Below, in pieces: positions 41,658-54,640 of a DNA stretch of 64,000 bases (positions are counted from its first letter, which is position 1; each line of letters starts with the position of its first letter). The notes under the pieces are model-generated. The model had not been told where the DNA came from. It was given only the letters and a program-made list of their open reading frames with translations, and ran no database searches. Both the position numbers and the translations under genes were made by a program. Source of the DNA: Lama glama (Eukaryota); the NCBI GenBank assembly GCA_028534125.1, contig CM052816.1, positions 38,628,001-38,692,000 on the forward strand, written 5' to 3'.

Positions 41658-41954
41658 CAATCCGCCTTCCGAATCCTTGGGTTCCATATCCTTGGATTCA
41701 AACAATTGTGGATTCAATCAAATTTTTTCAGAAAGTTCCAAAGCAAAACTTGAATTTGCTACATGTCCCACAACTATTTACATAGTATTTACATTGCACT
41801 AAATAATCTAGACGTGACTTAAAGTATAGGGGAAGATAAGCATAGGAGGTATGTAAATACTACAACACTTTATATAAGGAAAGTGAGCACCTGCAGATTT
41901 TGGTATACACGGAGGTCCTAGAACCAATTCCCCTTGAAAACTGAGGGCCACCTC
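41658..41954 (-). mobile_element. MER2/MER2B (TcMar-Tigger DNA transposon)
   Basis: Preceded by TA; caatccgccttccgaatccttgggttccatatccttggattcaaacaa...aaagttccaaagcaaaacttgaatttgc...gcagattttggtat...ggtcctagaaccaattcccc...ctgaggg. Confidence 0.9.
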
Positions 41955-42104
41955 CATAAATTTCTGATTCTGCTCTGTCTTCAAAACTTTTTTTCTGTTT
42001 CTCTCTCTCAGCCCCACCTTTACCTAATTTCTGGTCATTGTTTTCACTACAATAAAATGTGCATTGCTAATAACATTAGAAAATGTATGTGACAAAATGA
42101 GAGG

Positions 42105-42583
42105 TGTGTTAGTTTTCTGTGGTGTGGCTGCCGTAAGAAATGACTACAAACTGGGTGACTTTAAAACGAGAGAAGTTTACTCTCTCAGAGTTCTGTGGAC
42201 TAGAAGTCCAGAACCGAAGTGCTAGTATGGCCACTGTTTTTCTGAAGGCTCTAGGGGACACTGCATCCCTTGCCTCTTCCAACTTTTGGTGGCTACTGGC
42301 ATTCCTTAGCTTGTGCACCTATCACCCCTCTTCCATGGTCTGCATCTGCAGTCTGCCTTCCCAGTCACATTGCCTTCTCCTCTTCTGTCTGTCTTCTCTG
42401 TGTGTCTCTTGTCATTGGATTTAGGACCTACCTGGAAAATTGAGGATTAACTTCTAACCTCAAGGTCCTCAATTTAATTACAGTTGCAAAAAAACATTTT
42501 CCAAATACAATTTGGAAATTTTACAAATTTCACGAATTAGGATGTGGATTTATCTTTTTGGGGCCATCATTCAACCCTATAAA
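42105..42583 (-). mobile_element. MaLR solo LTR, MLT1C-like
   Basis: tgtgttagttttc...ggctgccgtaagaaatgactacaaactgggtgactttaaaac...tctgaaggctctagggga...ggggccatcattcaacc. Confidence 0.9.
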
Positions 42584-42737
42584 TGGCAGGGTACATAAGT
42601 GAAAAACAGTTGACAGAAACTGTATTTTTATGTGGCAAATATTAGTAGATAAAGTTATCATTACTCATATATCCAATGGAAATTTAATGGATCCAGAGGA
42701 GAATAAAATAAATACGGACTAAACAGCTACCATGTAC

Positions 42738-43683
42738 CAGGCGGGGGGGGGGGGGGGAATCCAGGTTTTGTACAGCCTGGAGACCTAATTTTTAGAAAAT
42801 AATATAAAGCTATGAATACAAAAGTAGATGTGAAAGTGAGTACATATTTAGAATAAGAAAAGGATTCATAACAAATTATAAAATTACAAAAAGTTGACAA
42901 ATACTATGACAATAATAAAATCCAGAAAAATAACATAGCACTTTTATTATTATTAGTTACCACTTCTATGATACCTCTAACAATTTTTCCCTACATTTTT
43001 TGATTCATTCTGATTGCTTCATTATGCAATGATTTGAATATCATTTTGAATAAAAAGATAACCTAGTCTTTCCTCTAGCATGATTGATGAAAATTCATTT
43101 TGTGTTATTGATAGCTTAGAAGGGTGTTTTTCAAAGCTTCAGCATAGGGAGATTTATGGGGGTTTTTTTATGATGTTTTACAATTAATATACTGCTTTAT
43201 GTTTATTATAAAACCATGTTTTATGGTGTTTTATGCTCGCTGTGGGCAAGCTCTTGAGGAATCTTAGCGCTCTGATCTCAAAAGATCTGCCTCATCCCAT
43301 GGATTTGGCTAGATTCTCCCTTCTCATTGTGAGCTGGTCCTGGTTGGGGGAGGGAACAACTGGCCACAAATCAAGACTTTTAGAGCCCTCCCATCCAGCA
43401 AGGAGAGAGTATTGTTTGCTCACATTTTCTCCTTGGGAGTCAAAGACAGGGTCCGAATGAACAATAAGAACACCAGGGTGAGGTTTCTCACCAGGGAAGT
43501 GAGTAGACTTGGAGACGCTGGTGACCCAGACCCAACCACAGTCCCAGGAGGACCTCCAACTAAAACATGATCTGTGCTCCTTCCCACATTCTGAGAGGAG
43601 AAAACACTAAGACTGAAAGTGCCCTACACAACTAGGGGCTCTCACATTTAAGTTTTATGTGTTCCATCTTAAACTCACTTCTA
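42738..43683. mobile_element. Zaphod/MER115-like hAT-Tip100 DNA transposon, internally deleted
   Basis: End cagg(G)n aatccaggttttgt...atttagaataagaaaag...aaaatccagaaaaataacatag; minus-strand remnant of the hAT dimerisation domain at 43022-43132. Confidence 0.8.
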
Positions 43684-46600
43684 GAATTAGGTATTTTATA
43701 TATATATGTGTGTGTGTATTTTAGAGAATTACTTTAAAAGTTTAAAATGGTTTTTAAGTAGTTTGAGATATAGGACTATAAACTTCAATAAGCTATTATA
43801 AATATTACTTCCAAGTTATAGCTTCATAAAATTTGAATCACATGTCTTGCTGAGTCTAAGAGGATATGATTAGATTTGGCATTAACCTATGAAATCTACC
43901 AGAGAAATAATTAACATAATTTCCTTTACCAATAAATAATCAAGGGCAATGTTCATATCTCAATATACATGTATGTGCATATGTGCTTTAAATATAGTGC
44001 TAGTTTTATATAACTCTGAATAAATATCAATCAGAACGCCTAAGTAGCAACTAGGAAAACACCCATTTTCATATAATCTTTTCCCTATTACCAAAAAAAA
44101 AAAAAAAAAACTACCTAACCTATGTACCATAAATCTGATCACACTGTAAGGAAAAAAAAAAGTACTGAGAATAACAAAATACCATTTAAAGTTCTGTCTC
44201 ATAATAGTTCACTTAAGCATGTAATGTATACAATGCAGTTCCTAAGAATAAACTCAGAGTAGTCTGCTTTATGTTTTTAAAAAAGAAAATGGCATTCTAA
44301 GATACAGCTGCATAGACTATATGATGAATATTCAACATATGAGAAACTGACAAATTTATCTTTATTCCATCATTAAGTATTTTTGTGACAAGTTGAGTAT
44401 TCATCCCATTAGGGGTCTTTTTTGGGTGTATTCTTTTTGTTTAATGCTTGCTCATGCCCTTTTCTGACATCCTGCAAGACTAGTCTTTTCTTTTCCAAAT
44501 TTCTGATTATTCATACTATTAGAAACTCATACTCAAGAGAACTCTTTTCAATGACAGGAGGACAAAACCTTGATCAAAACTCTCATTCCATCACCAAAAG
44601 TTTAATCTAACAGTTTTTCCCTCAGCCAACCTAAAAAAAAAAAAAGATCAGAAACAAATGTAAGTTTTTCACTGGCAAATATATATTCTTAATTAGTTTT
44701 GCTCACTAGAATTTCACTTCCTTTATAGTTTCAGGTTACTCCTAATTCAAAGAAAGATGACTCCTTATTTTATACCAGAGCTGCCACTTCAAAGATTTCA
44801 ACTTCTCAAAGTAAATTACTATATTCATGCATCTTTTATTGCTGTATACAAGACAGAGCATTTGCCTGGGGGAGAGGGGGTGTTCATCCAGTTTCAGATC
44901 ACTCACTGAAATGACACTCATCTAGTAGTTCATTGAAATCAATGTCCAGAGTGGATTCCTGGTGCTAAGCTGGGAAATAACACAGGTAACAGGACTAAAC
45001 TTTGATCTCCAGAATCCCTAGTGCACCACACTCACTGAAAAGCTTGCTTTGAGATTTTTCTGTGAACTGTTAAGTTTGACAAAGCTGTGTACTAGAAGAT
45101 TTCACAGTTCCTTTCCAAAAATTTGACAAGAAAGAATACTGTCCATGTAAAAATAAAATCTATATGAAAGCATATCATCAATATAACATCAGAGTTGTGG
45201 CTCCTTCATTTATCATGTATTCAATGCCTCCTTTATTTATTTCACTACCACTGAGTTCATGACAGAACAATACACGTTAACACATTTCCAATATTTATAA
45301 GCTAAGAGTTTAGATCCTAGTGTTATCAACAATGGTTCTGCTACTCCTTCATTCATACTCCACAGCATCTCAGTTACACTACCTACCAAGATGTATCCTT
45401 AGGAATCTTTGCAGGGTAACAGTTTTTTAAAAATCTAACTTGTCTGTTTTAGGTTTAGGATTGCCAAAGGTTTTACTCCCTTGAAATACCTACTCTAGAA
45501 AGGATTTTGTTTGACACACAACAGAATGTGTAAACAGGTGGCTGAGCTCGAAATTACACTCACATAGTGTTCACACCAAAGTTAAATAGGAAACTGCATT
45601 GCCCACTAATATAAATAGCAGTGACTGGTAAATGAGATAGATAAATGTCAGAAATGCATATTTGTCTAAACAAAGGTGAGTGAGACATGGCACATATTTA
45701 CCATAAATACCCACCAACAAAATTCAGCCTGTTTCACTGAATACCAAATAGAATCTACTTACTTTGTTAAAACAATTGTGATGATCTAAGTAAAATGGCT
45801 TTTCAAATGACATTGATTTCCCATTAATAAAGCACTGTATGAAAAAAGACTAATATAAAAATCTTTCTACTTATATAGAAAATGCATATCAAACACATTT
45901 TTGTCAGTATGTCTAATCACAATTTGATTTGTAAGACTGTAAAGGATGCACACAGGCCTAATGCCCTGAAGAAATAAAAATTTCTCCCTTAAAATTACTG
46001 TTACAATAAAATGTCAATTAACACTCTACCAGAAATAGAAGGATAAACCCTGGCTACCTAAGAGTTTCCCAAAAAGCATTTTTAAAAAAGGGACCTGTTA
46101 TCAAGCAATCTTTAAAAAAAAAAAAGTAGGCTATCTTATTTTATTATTATACAATAGAAATCATTTTACTATTGAAATCTATCTGATTTATATTCCTAAT
46201 GTATTGACTTCTGATTAATTAAGGTTTTACTGACTGAAGTCTAAAAGGGACACTTAAATCCTAGTGTGTGTTTATTCCCAAATTGGAGGGATTACTCCAG
46301 TTTGAAAGTGCTGTTTTAATTATTCAATAATAAGACATTGCTATGATGACAGGTTATCATGAGCAAGCATCTGCCAAATAAATTTTTCTTAGTGTTCTAG
46401 AAATTCAACTGAATACTGGAATCAGAAGAATCACAGCTCCAATTGGATGTTTTTATGCTCTATTTCACTTTATATTCATCCACATACATACATCCCAGTA
46501 CGTCTTCCAAACTAAATATATTCTCCAAATAAAAGAAAGGTAGGGAATCTCCTAAATAAAACAAAGATGAAGGTGAGAATTCTGTTTGTCTGACAACAGC

Positions 46601-46702
46601 ACTGAAAAACGTGATTCAGATTAGTGAAATGTGCTAGAAATGGGTACTAACCAAGTTTTAAGCTACCTCTTTTGGTCAATTCTTTCCTAGAAGATGATCT
46701 CC

Positions 46703-46750
46703 CTGTCTCTCTCTCTTGCTCTCTCGCTCTCATGGTCTCTCTGTCTGACA

Positions 46751-46783
<33 letters not shown>

Positions 46784-46797
46784 ATACACACACATAC
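46703..46797 (+). repeat. Compound (CT)n/(CA)n microsatellite
   Basis: Perfect (CT)n run at ~46753-46781 inside a CT-rich tract, followed by CA repeats. Confidence 0.9.
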
Positions 46798-47204
46798 AAT
46801 GTGACTATTCATGTAACAAATGCTTAAATATAGGATACATTCAATCCTCATAATATTTTGATAGTTGAATTAACATGGGCATTGCTTAGAAATAGTCAAA
46901 TATTTCAACATCACATTTGCCCAACAACTTCAAATCTCTGTAATCCCAGTGAGAATCAGGAAATAAAATGATTTATGAAAGAGCTCAAGGCAGCAAAAAT
47001 AGAGGTTAAAAGTGGTGTACAAAATTTGTGTTTTTAAGTATCACCTAGTGACTACTTATTCCAACTTCAGATGGAATTCTGTTAAGTATAGATATGATTT
47101 TTCTAGTCCACAGTAGATTAAAAGTGGAAAATTAGAGAAAAGGGAAAAGTACATGTTTAAGACACAGAAAAGTCAGCTGATTAAAATGTAACATCAAAAA
47201 TTAC

Positions 47205-47272
47205 TATGTATATGCTGTACACCAGAAATTAGCACAACATTATAAGTCAACTATACTCCAACCAAAAAAAAC
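47205..47272 (+). mobile_element. Very short L1 3' terminus (L1MA9/L1_Art-like) with A-tail
   Basis: tgctgtacaccagaaattagcacaacattataagtcaactatactccaa followed by an A-run. Confidence 0.7.
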
Positions 47273-50029
47273 AAAACCATATATATATTCTAAATGTAAG
47301 AATCTCAGCGGTCATTTAGCCTAAGGAGATATTGACCCAATGATCCTAAAACTCTTAACAGTACCTCTTACACACTACATGCTAATAATATTCTATCACC
47401 CACAAGTGATTTAATTTAGTTTATTTTACCTGTTGTAGATAGAGAAATGAACGATTTTTAGAGAAAAATTTCTGTAGAAAATGGTTTAAAAATATACTCT
47501 GATAATAAAGTCAAATTTTTATTATAAAATTTATGAAAAACACTATATTCACTGATAAGTACTCATTAATTATCATATCAACTTAATGTTTTTTATATCA
47601 CACACTTTAATACACGGGTATATAATCTCGTGTACACACTTTGCATCATGGACTATTCTCTGAAAACCAAGACAACAAAAGGATATAAGAAAACCTTTGG
47701 GCCTATCTAGAATAACAGGAAAGGAATTCACGTCAAGCAAATAATCAGTCTGATTAATGAGCCCCAAACCAGTGAATCTGGGTTGTTTCTGAAGTAAAAG
47801 ACAGAGTATAAAGGAAAAACAAATGAAAAAAGAAGAAAAAAAGGATAGAATAATTTGCCTCAAAGTGTGGCAGAAAATGGCAATAATATCTTAAAGAAAA
47901 AAAAAATCCGTAGTACATGAAATTCATATTACATAAAAGGTAACAGAAGGAAAGATGGGCAGGAGGGAGTAAGGTCCAATATCTTAGGATGGAAGGAAAC
48001 AATCCAGAATCAGGACCGTCTTAAACGGAAAGATGCAGGGCTCCAGGAAATCTGACCTACGAAGAAAGGACTGTTATCACTGTGACTTAAAGGTCGACCT
48101 TCAGATCTCCTCTGAGAAACAGAAAATTACTACCAATGAACTCTAGCCAAAAAACTAAAACTTTCCACATTTCTGTTGCAAAGTACATAAGCATAAGTCT
48201 TACCACTCTGCTTTAGGAACAATCAAAAAAAAAATCAACTATTGTGAAATGATGGATCCATAAATAACCTTGTCTTAAGTATCAGAAATTGGCCTGTAAA
48301 ACTGGAAAATGATTATTTCCCTTAATCTTTCTCTCAGCCCTAATAATTTCTTTCCTTTCCTTTTGCCCTTTGTATGGAGGACAAAGCCTGTCAAGATTCA
48401 TGCCTGCAACACAAACACAACCATCTTTCTTCCAGGTCCCAAACCAACTGTAAATCCATCATTTCAAATGACAATTCCATAGGAAATCAATATCTTGAAA
48501 GGAAGATTGCTTCAACTACTGCAGCACTGACTGTGGGTACAGTCGGTGAATTCAAGAAAGCAGACCCATTTGTAGCTGCTGCTCATTCGAGGAGGATTGA
48601 TTGCAGGTAACTTCCTCAGAGAGGAGGTGCAGGAGCTATCCACTTCTTCTCTTTTCAACTTGTTCCTCGATTCTGGATCTAATAACAAGTCCTAAATTAC
48701 AAACAGCAGCTGGAGATGAACAAACACTCTGGCCCACTCAAAATGCTAAATAATAACTCCACCTATTGTTTAAAGGTTGATGTCCTTTCCATTCAACATC
48801 TTATGCTTTTATATTGCACATTACTAACAGTGGCCGTAGGCACCATTGCTACATCCCAGGATACCCCATTCTGAGAAACTGTGCTAATGCCTCAACTCAT
48901 GAAGCTTCTTTGAACAATATAGTCAAACGCAGACTAAAAACCTTAAAAGCTTAAAACCTGAGATTTTTTTCCTGCTTCCAACATTTTTAATTGATAATAC
49001 ATATTTGTAAAATATTTCTTGTAAATTACTCATTTTTTACTTTTTCTGAGTATTTGTAACGCATGATAATTGAAGAAAAAATTAAGATGCAGATGGGAAA
49101 AAGAAAAATGGAGGGATATTAACTCCATCTCCCAGAGACAATCATTATTCTATCTTATTTCTTCCTTTCTAATCTTTTTCTATATAATTGTTTTTATACA
49201 GTTAATCTCATACTGAGGATGCGATTTTACATGTCCTTTATAAAACCTTTTAAAATGCAAACATTACCCATCATCACAGACACATCATCAATATCACATT
49301 TCAGAGTTGCATACGAAGTCACTTTGCAAATAATACATTTTGTACAATCATTTTTATTTAAAATGGATTTATAACTATAACCTACTTAATCATCTTACTA
49401 ACTGCTGATATTTAAGTTGTATCCAATATAGAATTTTGTTATTGGACATAACTCTGAGATAACCCTTGGGATGTATTTCAAAGATCTTTGACATATTGAT
49501 AAATCACTTTCTAAAAGGGTTGTTGGTGTGCTTTTTTAAGATACATATTTTAAAAGTAAACCTCTTTTGGCTGATTCCTGATGTAGATAATCAGAACTGT
49601 CTAGATATCTTTATGTCAGTGTATGAAATATGTTTTCTCTAAAAAGAGTTGAAATGGAAGACAGTTCTACATTACTGAGTAAATCAGCCAAAGAGCAAGT
49701 GAGGATCAGTTTAATCCCCACAAGGTTGTCTTAGGGCACATGAGCTACCAGCCTCCCTAATAACAAGGCTGAATAGTGACACTATGAAGTGTAGGCAGTA
49801 TTCTCTGCTCTTCCCCCAAGCACCTTAAGTATGAAGGAAAAAAATTAGAATATAGAAAATTAGGAAATGCATCAGACACAGTGAATACTTCAAGCTCAGA
49901 CTCATGATGGTCAGGAAGAGAAAAAAGGAGCTAGCAGTTATTAAGTATCTAGTGAGAATGAGTTTCTACTCCATGTTATACTTTATATGTACTTTCACTG
50001 GACCAACTTTATAATTTTAAGAAAAGACT

Positions 50030-50220
50030 GAAGAGTGGTAAGTGGAAAGAATGGTGACATAACAGCCAAGAGCAAAAGGTTCAAGCTTTGGCTCTAACAA
50101 GTTCTGTGACCTTGGACAAGACAAATGATGCCCCTGAATATCAGTGTCTTCATGAACAGTTTGGTTGGAAAAATTAATGTTTCTAAGTTTCTGTGGCATT
50201 TTAAAATTCTGTGATTCTCT
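50030..50220 (+). mobile_element. MIR/MIR3 fragment
   Basis: ggttcaagctttggctctaacaagttctgtgaccttggacaagacaaat...ttaaaattctgtgatt. Confidence 0.65.
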
Positions 50221-50518
50221 CTTCTGATTTATATGTATCAGGATAAAATCTGTAAATTCTTCCCCTCATTTGTCTTACTGTTCTCTGGCCATATACCCAC
50301 AGATATTCATTGTCAAAGGTGAAGAGTGAGATATAGATCAAAACAAATAATTCAAATGGATTTTTTAAACACACAGCATAGATATTGGTCTGAAGGTCAA
50401 AACCCTTTCCATTTGTAAGACCCAGCCATTCCAAAAGGGAAGATATCTACTAGAATTCTAAAAGTCTGGCTTGGATTTGCTTATCAGCAGTAAGGAGTGA
50501 CTCAGAGCTAAGGTTTAC

Positions 50519-50741
50519 AGCAATGCTTTTCAAACTGTTGGTCAAGGCTCACAGATAGGTCAAGAAATCAATTTCCTGAGTCTAGACTAGCATTAGTTTT
50601 TTTTTTTTCCTTCCCCTTAATGAAGTAGAATAGAATGCACTGCAATTTGTAAGAATAAAGTAAGTGTATGATAGCTGGTGATGATAAAAAAATGTATTTC
50701 TCACAAAGAGCTTCTATCAGAAAATTTTGAAAATTACCAGT
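50519..50741. mobile_element. MER103C-like hAT-Charlie DNA transposon
   Basis: ttttcaaactgttggtc...aaatcaattt...aatgaagtagaatagaat...aaaatgtatttctcac...aaaattttgaaaattacca. Confidence 0.7.
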
Positions 50742-53700
50742 TTAGATTATAAGCCACATTAGAGTGGAAGGAGCAATACGTTTACATATTGTCAAGAATC
50801 TTTCTATGTGCATGTATGGGATGGGAAACAGCCTGGAGAGAATGCGGGTGGGGTGGGGGGGTAGCTACATGCTACCTGTTGAACTGCTTTCCTGGCTCTT
50901 CCTTTTCTCACTGGAGGCCTGAAGTCAGAGAAGTGGAGCCTATAGAGAACATCAAACTATTATGAGAATATGAAGGCAGAAAAAGCTCCACTTCTTGTCC
51001 AGATTTTGGAGAGAGGCAGCCTACCAGTGTGATGCTTAACAAAGAGCCACTGATTTTAAGTATAAATTACAGCAGGGCAGGTCCAGACAGAGAAACATCT
51101 TGAAATTCATGACCACTCCACTACTCTTTCTTGAATCCCGAAAGACAGGGAGAGAATACAAAAAGACTTTTCTGCCCAAATGAGGTACAGAAGGAAGGTG
51201 AAAATTAAGATATGACATCCCTAAAGGTTAAGGGGATGAGGAATGGGGGAGACACACAGCACAGAATAAATAAACTTTCCAAAATAATTACTGCACTTCA
51301 CGGATACTGAGAAAACAGATGGCAAGTTATTACAGCAGTGAACACAACAGACAGGGACCTCAGACAGTATTCTCTCCCTCCAGTGTCAGGAAGACATGGG
51401 AGCACCCCAAACCTAGATCATCCCAGGAAAGAGCAGTGGGAAAAGAACGTTGAAGTTGCCTGAACTGATCTAAAAGATACAATTTAAACTGTAAGCTACC
51501 TTGATTTGGCAAGACTGTTTTCCATTCATAGAGGAAATAAGGCCTTGGAATACATGTTAAGTTCATTTAAACAGAAACAACAAATTTGAGTTTGTAACAT
51601 ATTATTCATTACATATCTCTTTTATGTTAGATTTTAAACACTTTAAAAAGCATAAAATATCTTGTTGTTTGTTTTAAAAACCCTTTATTTCTTAGGCCAA
51701 TATCTTCCACATAATTGCTGCTCAATAAATGCTGCTTTCAGGGCTTTGCAACCTTTTTTGGCATAGCATATATAAAAATTGATATTTATATTGTGTGCTG
51801 GGTAAAGTGGAAGAGGTTGAACTGCCCAGAGTCTGAGGCCATCATATGTTTTACTGATGTATCTAAATATCGAGGGAATCAATCAATAACTGCACAATCA
51901 TGTCAAAGCATGTGGTCTATTGCCCTTTCTAAATACAATCTGCATAGTGGATTAAACCTGTTTGTGTGATACTTAACATAGTACCATATATAAATACCAC
52001 ATTTATTAAAGCATGTACAACTACTGTTAGTAAGTGTGGTTACTTATTTATTAAGGCAATGAAATCTTTCAACATCTTCAAAACATTTAGAAAACTTCTG
52101 TTCACAAGTTTCTACAGTGATCCCTGTGAATCAGCACATCAGGCTGATAATGCTGTGTAGCATGCAGGTACTCAAGAGATTAATTTAGAATTTATGCCAC
52201 ATATGAATCATTATTCCTTAAATGTTTAATAAATAATCAGCAACACTTCCCTGCTTAGCAATGGCTCTATGAACAAGCCACTCAGTACACAGAAATGTCA
52301 GAGGTCCTGTTGTAATCAATTATAAATAGGTTATATATTATTTTTTATATTGCTTCTAAATGCCATGATGATTTTTCCTGTTTTGAAGTGTACTTCTATT
52401 GCACTCAGCATTGTTTTATTACTCTAAAAAGCCATTTGAGTCATTTTTAAATCTAAAAGTATATTTTACTGAGTGACCACATTGATTCTTCTGATCTCTG
52501 GTGAATAAATAATGTTCATTTTTTAATAATCTATTATTTTTCCAGGAGTTCATGAAAATTTTAAAATAACTCTCTTGCTGGAACTCAAAAAATCAACTAC
52601 AAATAAAGATGTGATGTAAAATTTTGGCTAAGTGTAATAAAAACATTCCATCGTGAGTTAGATAATAGAATAATTTTCATCTAGAAGTTGCCTTCTCCAA
52701 GTAAAATGGCAGGAAATAGAATCAAAAAGGGCATGATTTTCTTTTAATAATTAGTCACGAATCCAGTCATATGGATTTACTGATTTCAACTATATGTTCA
52801 AAATACTATGTAATACTAAAAACACTAAATACTAAAAATACAAAATACTAAAATAAATTTACTTTTTTAAAGGTGAATCTTTTACCTGAAAACTAGTCCA
52901 GTACATTACAAGCATATTAATTTTATAAAGGTATTCCTATTAGTGTCAGTGGACTCTTAACACAAATAACTTATATGGCACCATTCTAGTACCACCTTTT
53001 CCACAAAGCCTTCTCTTATCCTCCAGCTCAGAAATTGACCTCTCTCTCCCTCTTTTCAACTCCAGCAGCACACAGCAACTGGAACATTCATATAGTACCT
53101 ATGATATGTGTTCTTACAAAACAAGTCAAGATAAGAGAGCATTAATCCCAAAGTGGAATGAATAACAAAATATCTTATATTAGTCAACAAAGGTCATGGC
53201 CATTTATAGGGGTCATTTATACCATTTGTATTTTAAAAATCTGTTCCAAAGGAAACCAGAAAGCTGAATATTGTTAGAACTAATGAAAATAGCAAAGTGC
53301 TTTTGCCATCATGGTGTTAAATCTCTCATGTTAAGGCCTCAGTTCATGAATATTTTATTTATTAATATATACAACCAAAGAAGTAATCTACATATGCATG
53401 TGTGAATTCACAGCAATTTGACTTGTTCTTTTGTGCAAAGTAGAGTTGCACTTTACCTGTCAACATTAAAATGCCTGTACTAAGCAATAAAGTCATTTGT
53501 AATAAAATGTGTATTTCCCAAAAACAAGAAATGCATTGGCAATGCTTGACAGTATGTTTATAACCTTTTAGTAAATACATTAGTTCCACATAAGGTTATT
53601 TATTTTCATTTTTCCTTCTCTCTTTTCCATAACAATAAGTTAAATTTTCATTGCAACCAATGTACCAGAATGGATAATCCCAGAGCACAAATTATAAAAT

Positions 53701-54024
53701 GCATGTTAAGGATTTAGCACAGTGGCTAGCTCTCTCCAAGGGCTCAATAAAAGGCTGCTCTAATGTAAGTCTTTGGTTGTACGTGTCAGAGATCTACATG
53801 GAACTGCCTAAAGGGACAAAAGCAGATTTTCCAAAGGACATTAGTTTGTTTTACAAAACTCAAAGAATAACGGGACAAACAAGTTATGGGAAAAACAAAG
53901 AAGTATCTGGATCTTAGGGAAAAAATGAGATCAAGAACTTAACACCATTGGATTACTCAGCTCTTCCTCTCGCCTCACATCAGTTTCATTCCTTCCAGCT
54001 GCAGATGCCTTTCTCAACATACAC

Positions 54025-54640
54025 TCACCATATCGACCAGCAATTCTACTCCTACATATTTACTCAAGTAAAATAAAAAAAACTTGATTTACACAAAAAC
54101 CTCATACATACATTATTATAGCAGCTTTATACATAGTTACCTAAAACTAGAAATAATCTAAACATCTCTCATCTGAAGAATGAAGAAGCAAACTATGGTA
54201 CTGGTACTACACATGCTGGAACATTACTCAGCAATTAGCAATAAAATGCTGGCACATTACTCAGCAATTAGCAATAAAAGAAAAACCTATAATAAGTGCA
54301 ACAGCATGTATGCATTTTAAATGTATTTCATTCAGTGAAAGAACTCAGATTTAGAAGACTACATACTATACGATTCCATTTGTATGACATCCTTGTAAAT
54401 GCAAAACTATAGAGACAGGAAATAAATCAGTGGTTGCCAGGGATTGGTGTGGGAGAAAATTTCAGCTACAAAGGAGTACAGTGGAATTTGCGGAATGTGA
54501 ATGTGAGAACTGTTTCCATATCTTGATTGTGGTGACATTTATAAAATTTATGCATTTCTTAAAATCCAGGGGACTGTACACTAAAATGGGTAAATTTTAC
54601 TTTATGTAAATTGTGCCTTAGAAATTTTTGAAAAGGAAAA
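54025..54640 (+). mobile_element. Old L1 (L1ME/L1MB) 3' end with an internal 33-bp tandem duplication (54213-54278)
   Basis: ccatatcgaccagcaattctactcct...atcagtggttgccaggg...ctgtacactaaaatgggtaaattttactttatgtaaatt. Confidence 0.85.

Noticed and set aside
50846..50861. G-quadruplex candidate gggtggggtggggggg
   Set aside because: An isolated low-complexity G-run with no promoter or other functional context
54213..54278. 33-bp direct repeat resembling a CRISPR repeat
   Set aside because: Two adjacent copies without a spacer inside a mammalian L1; a simple tandem duplication
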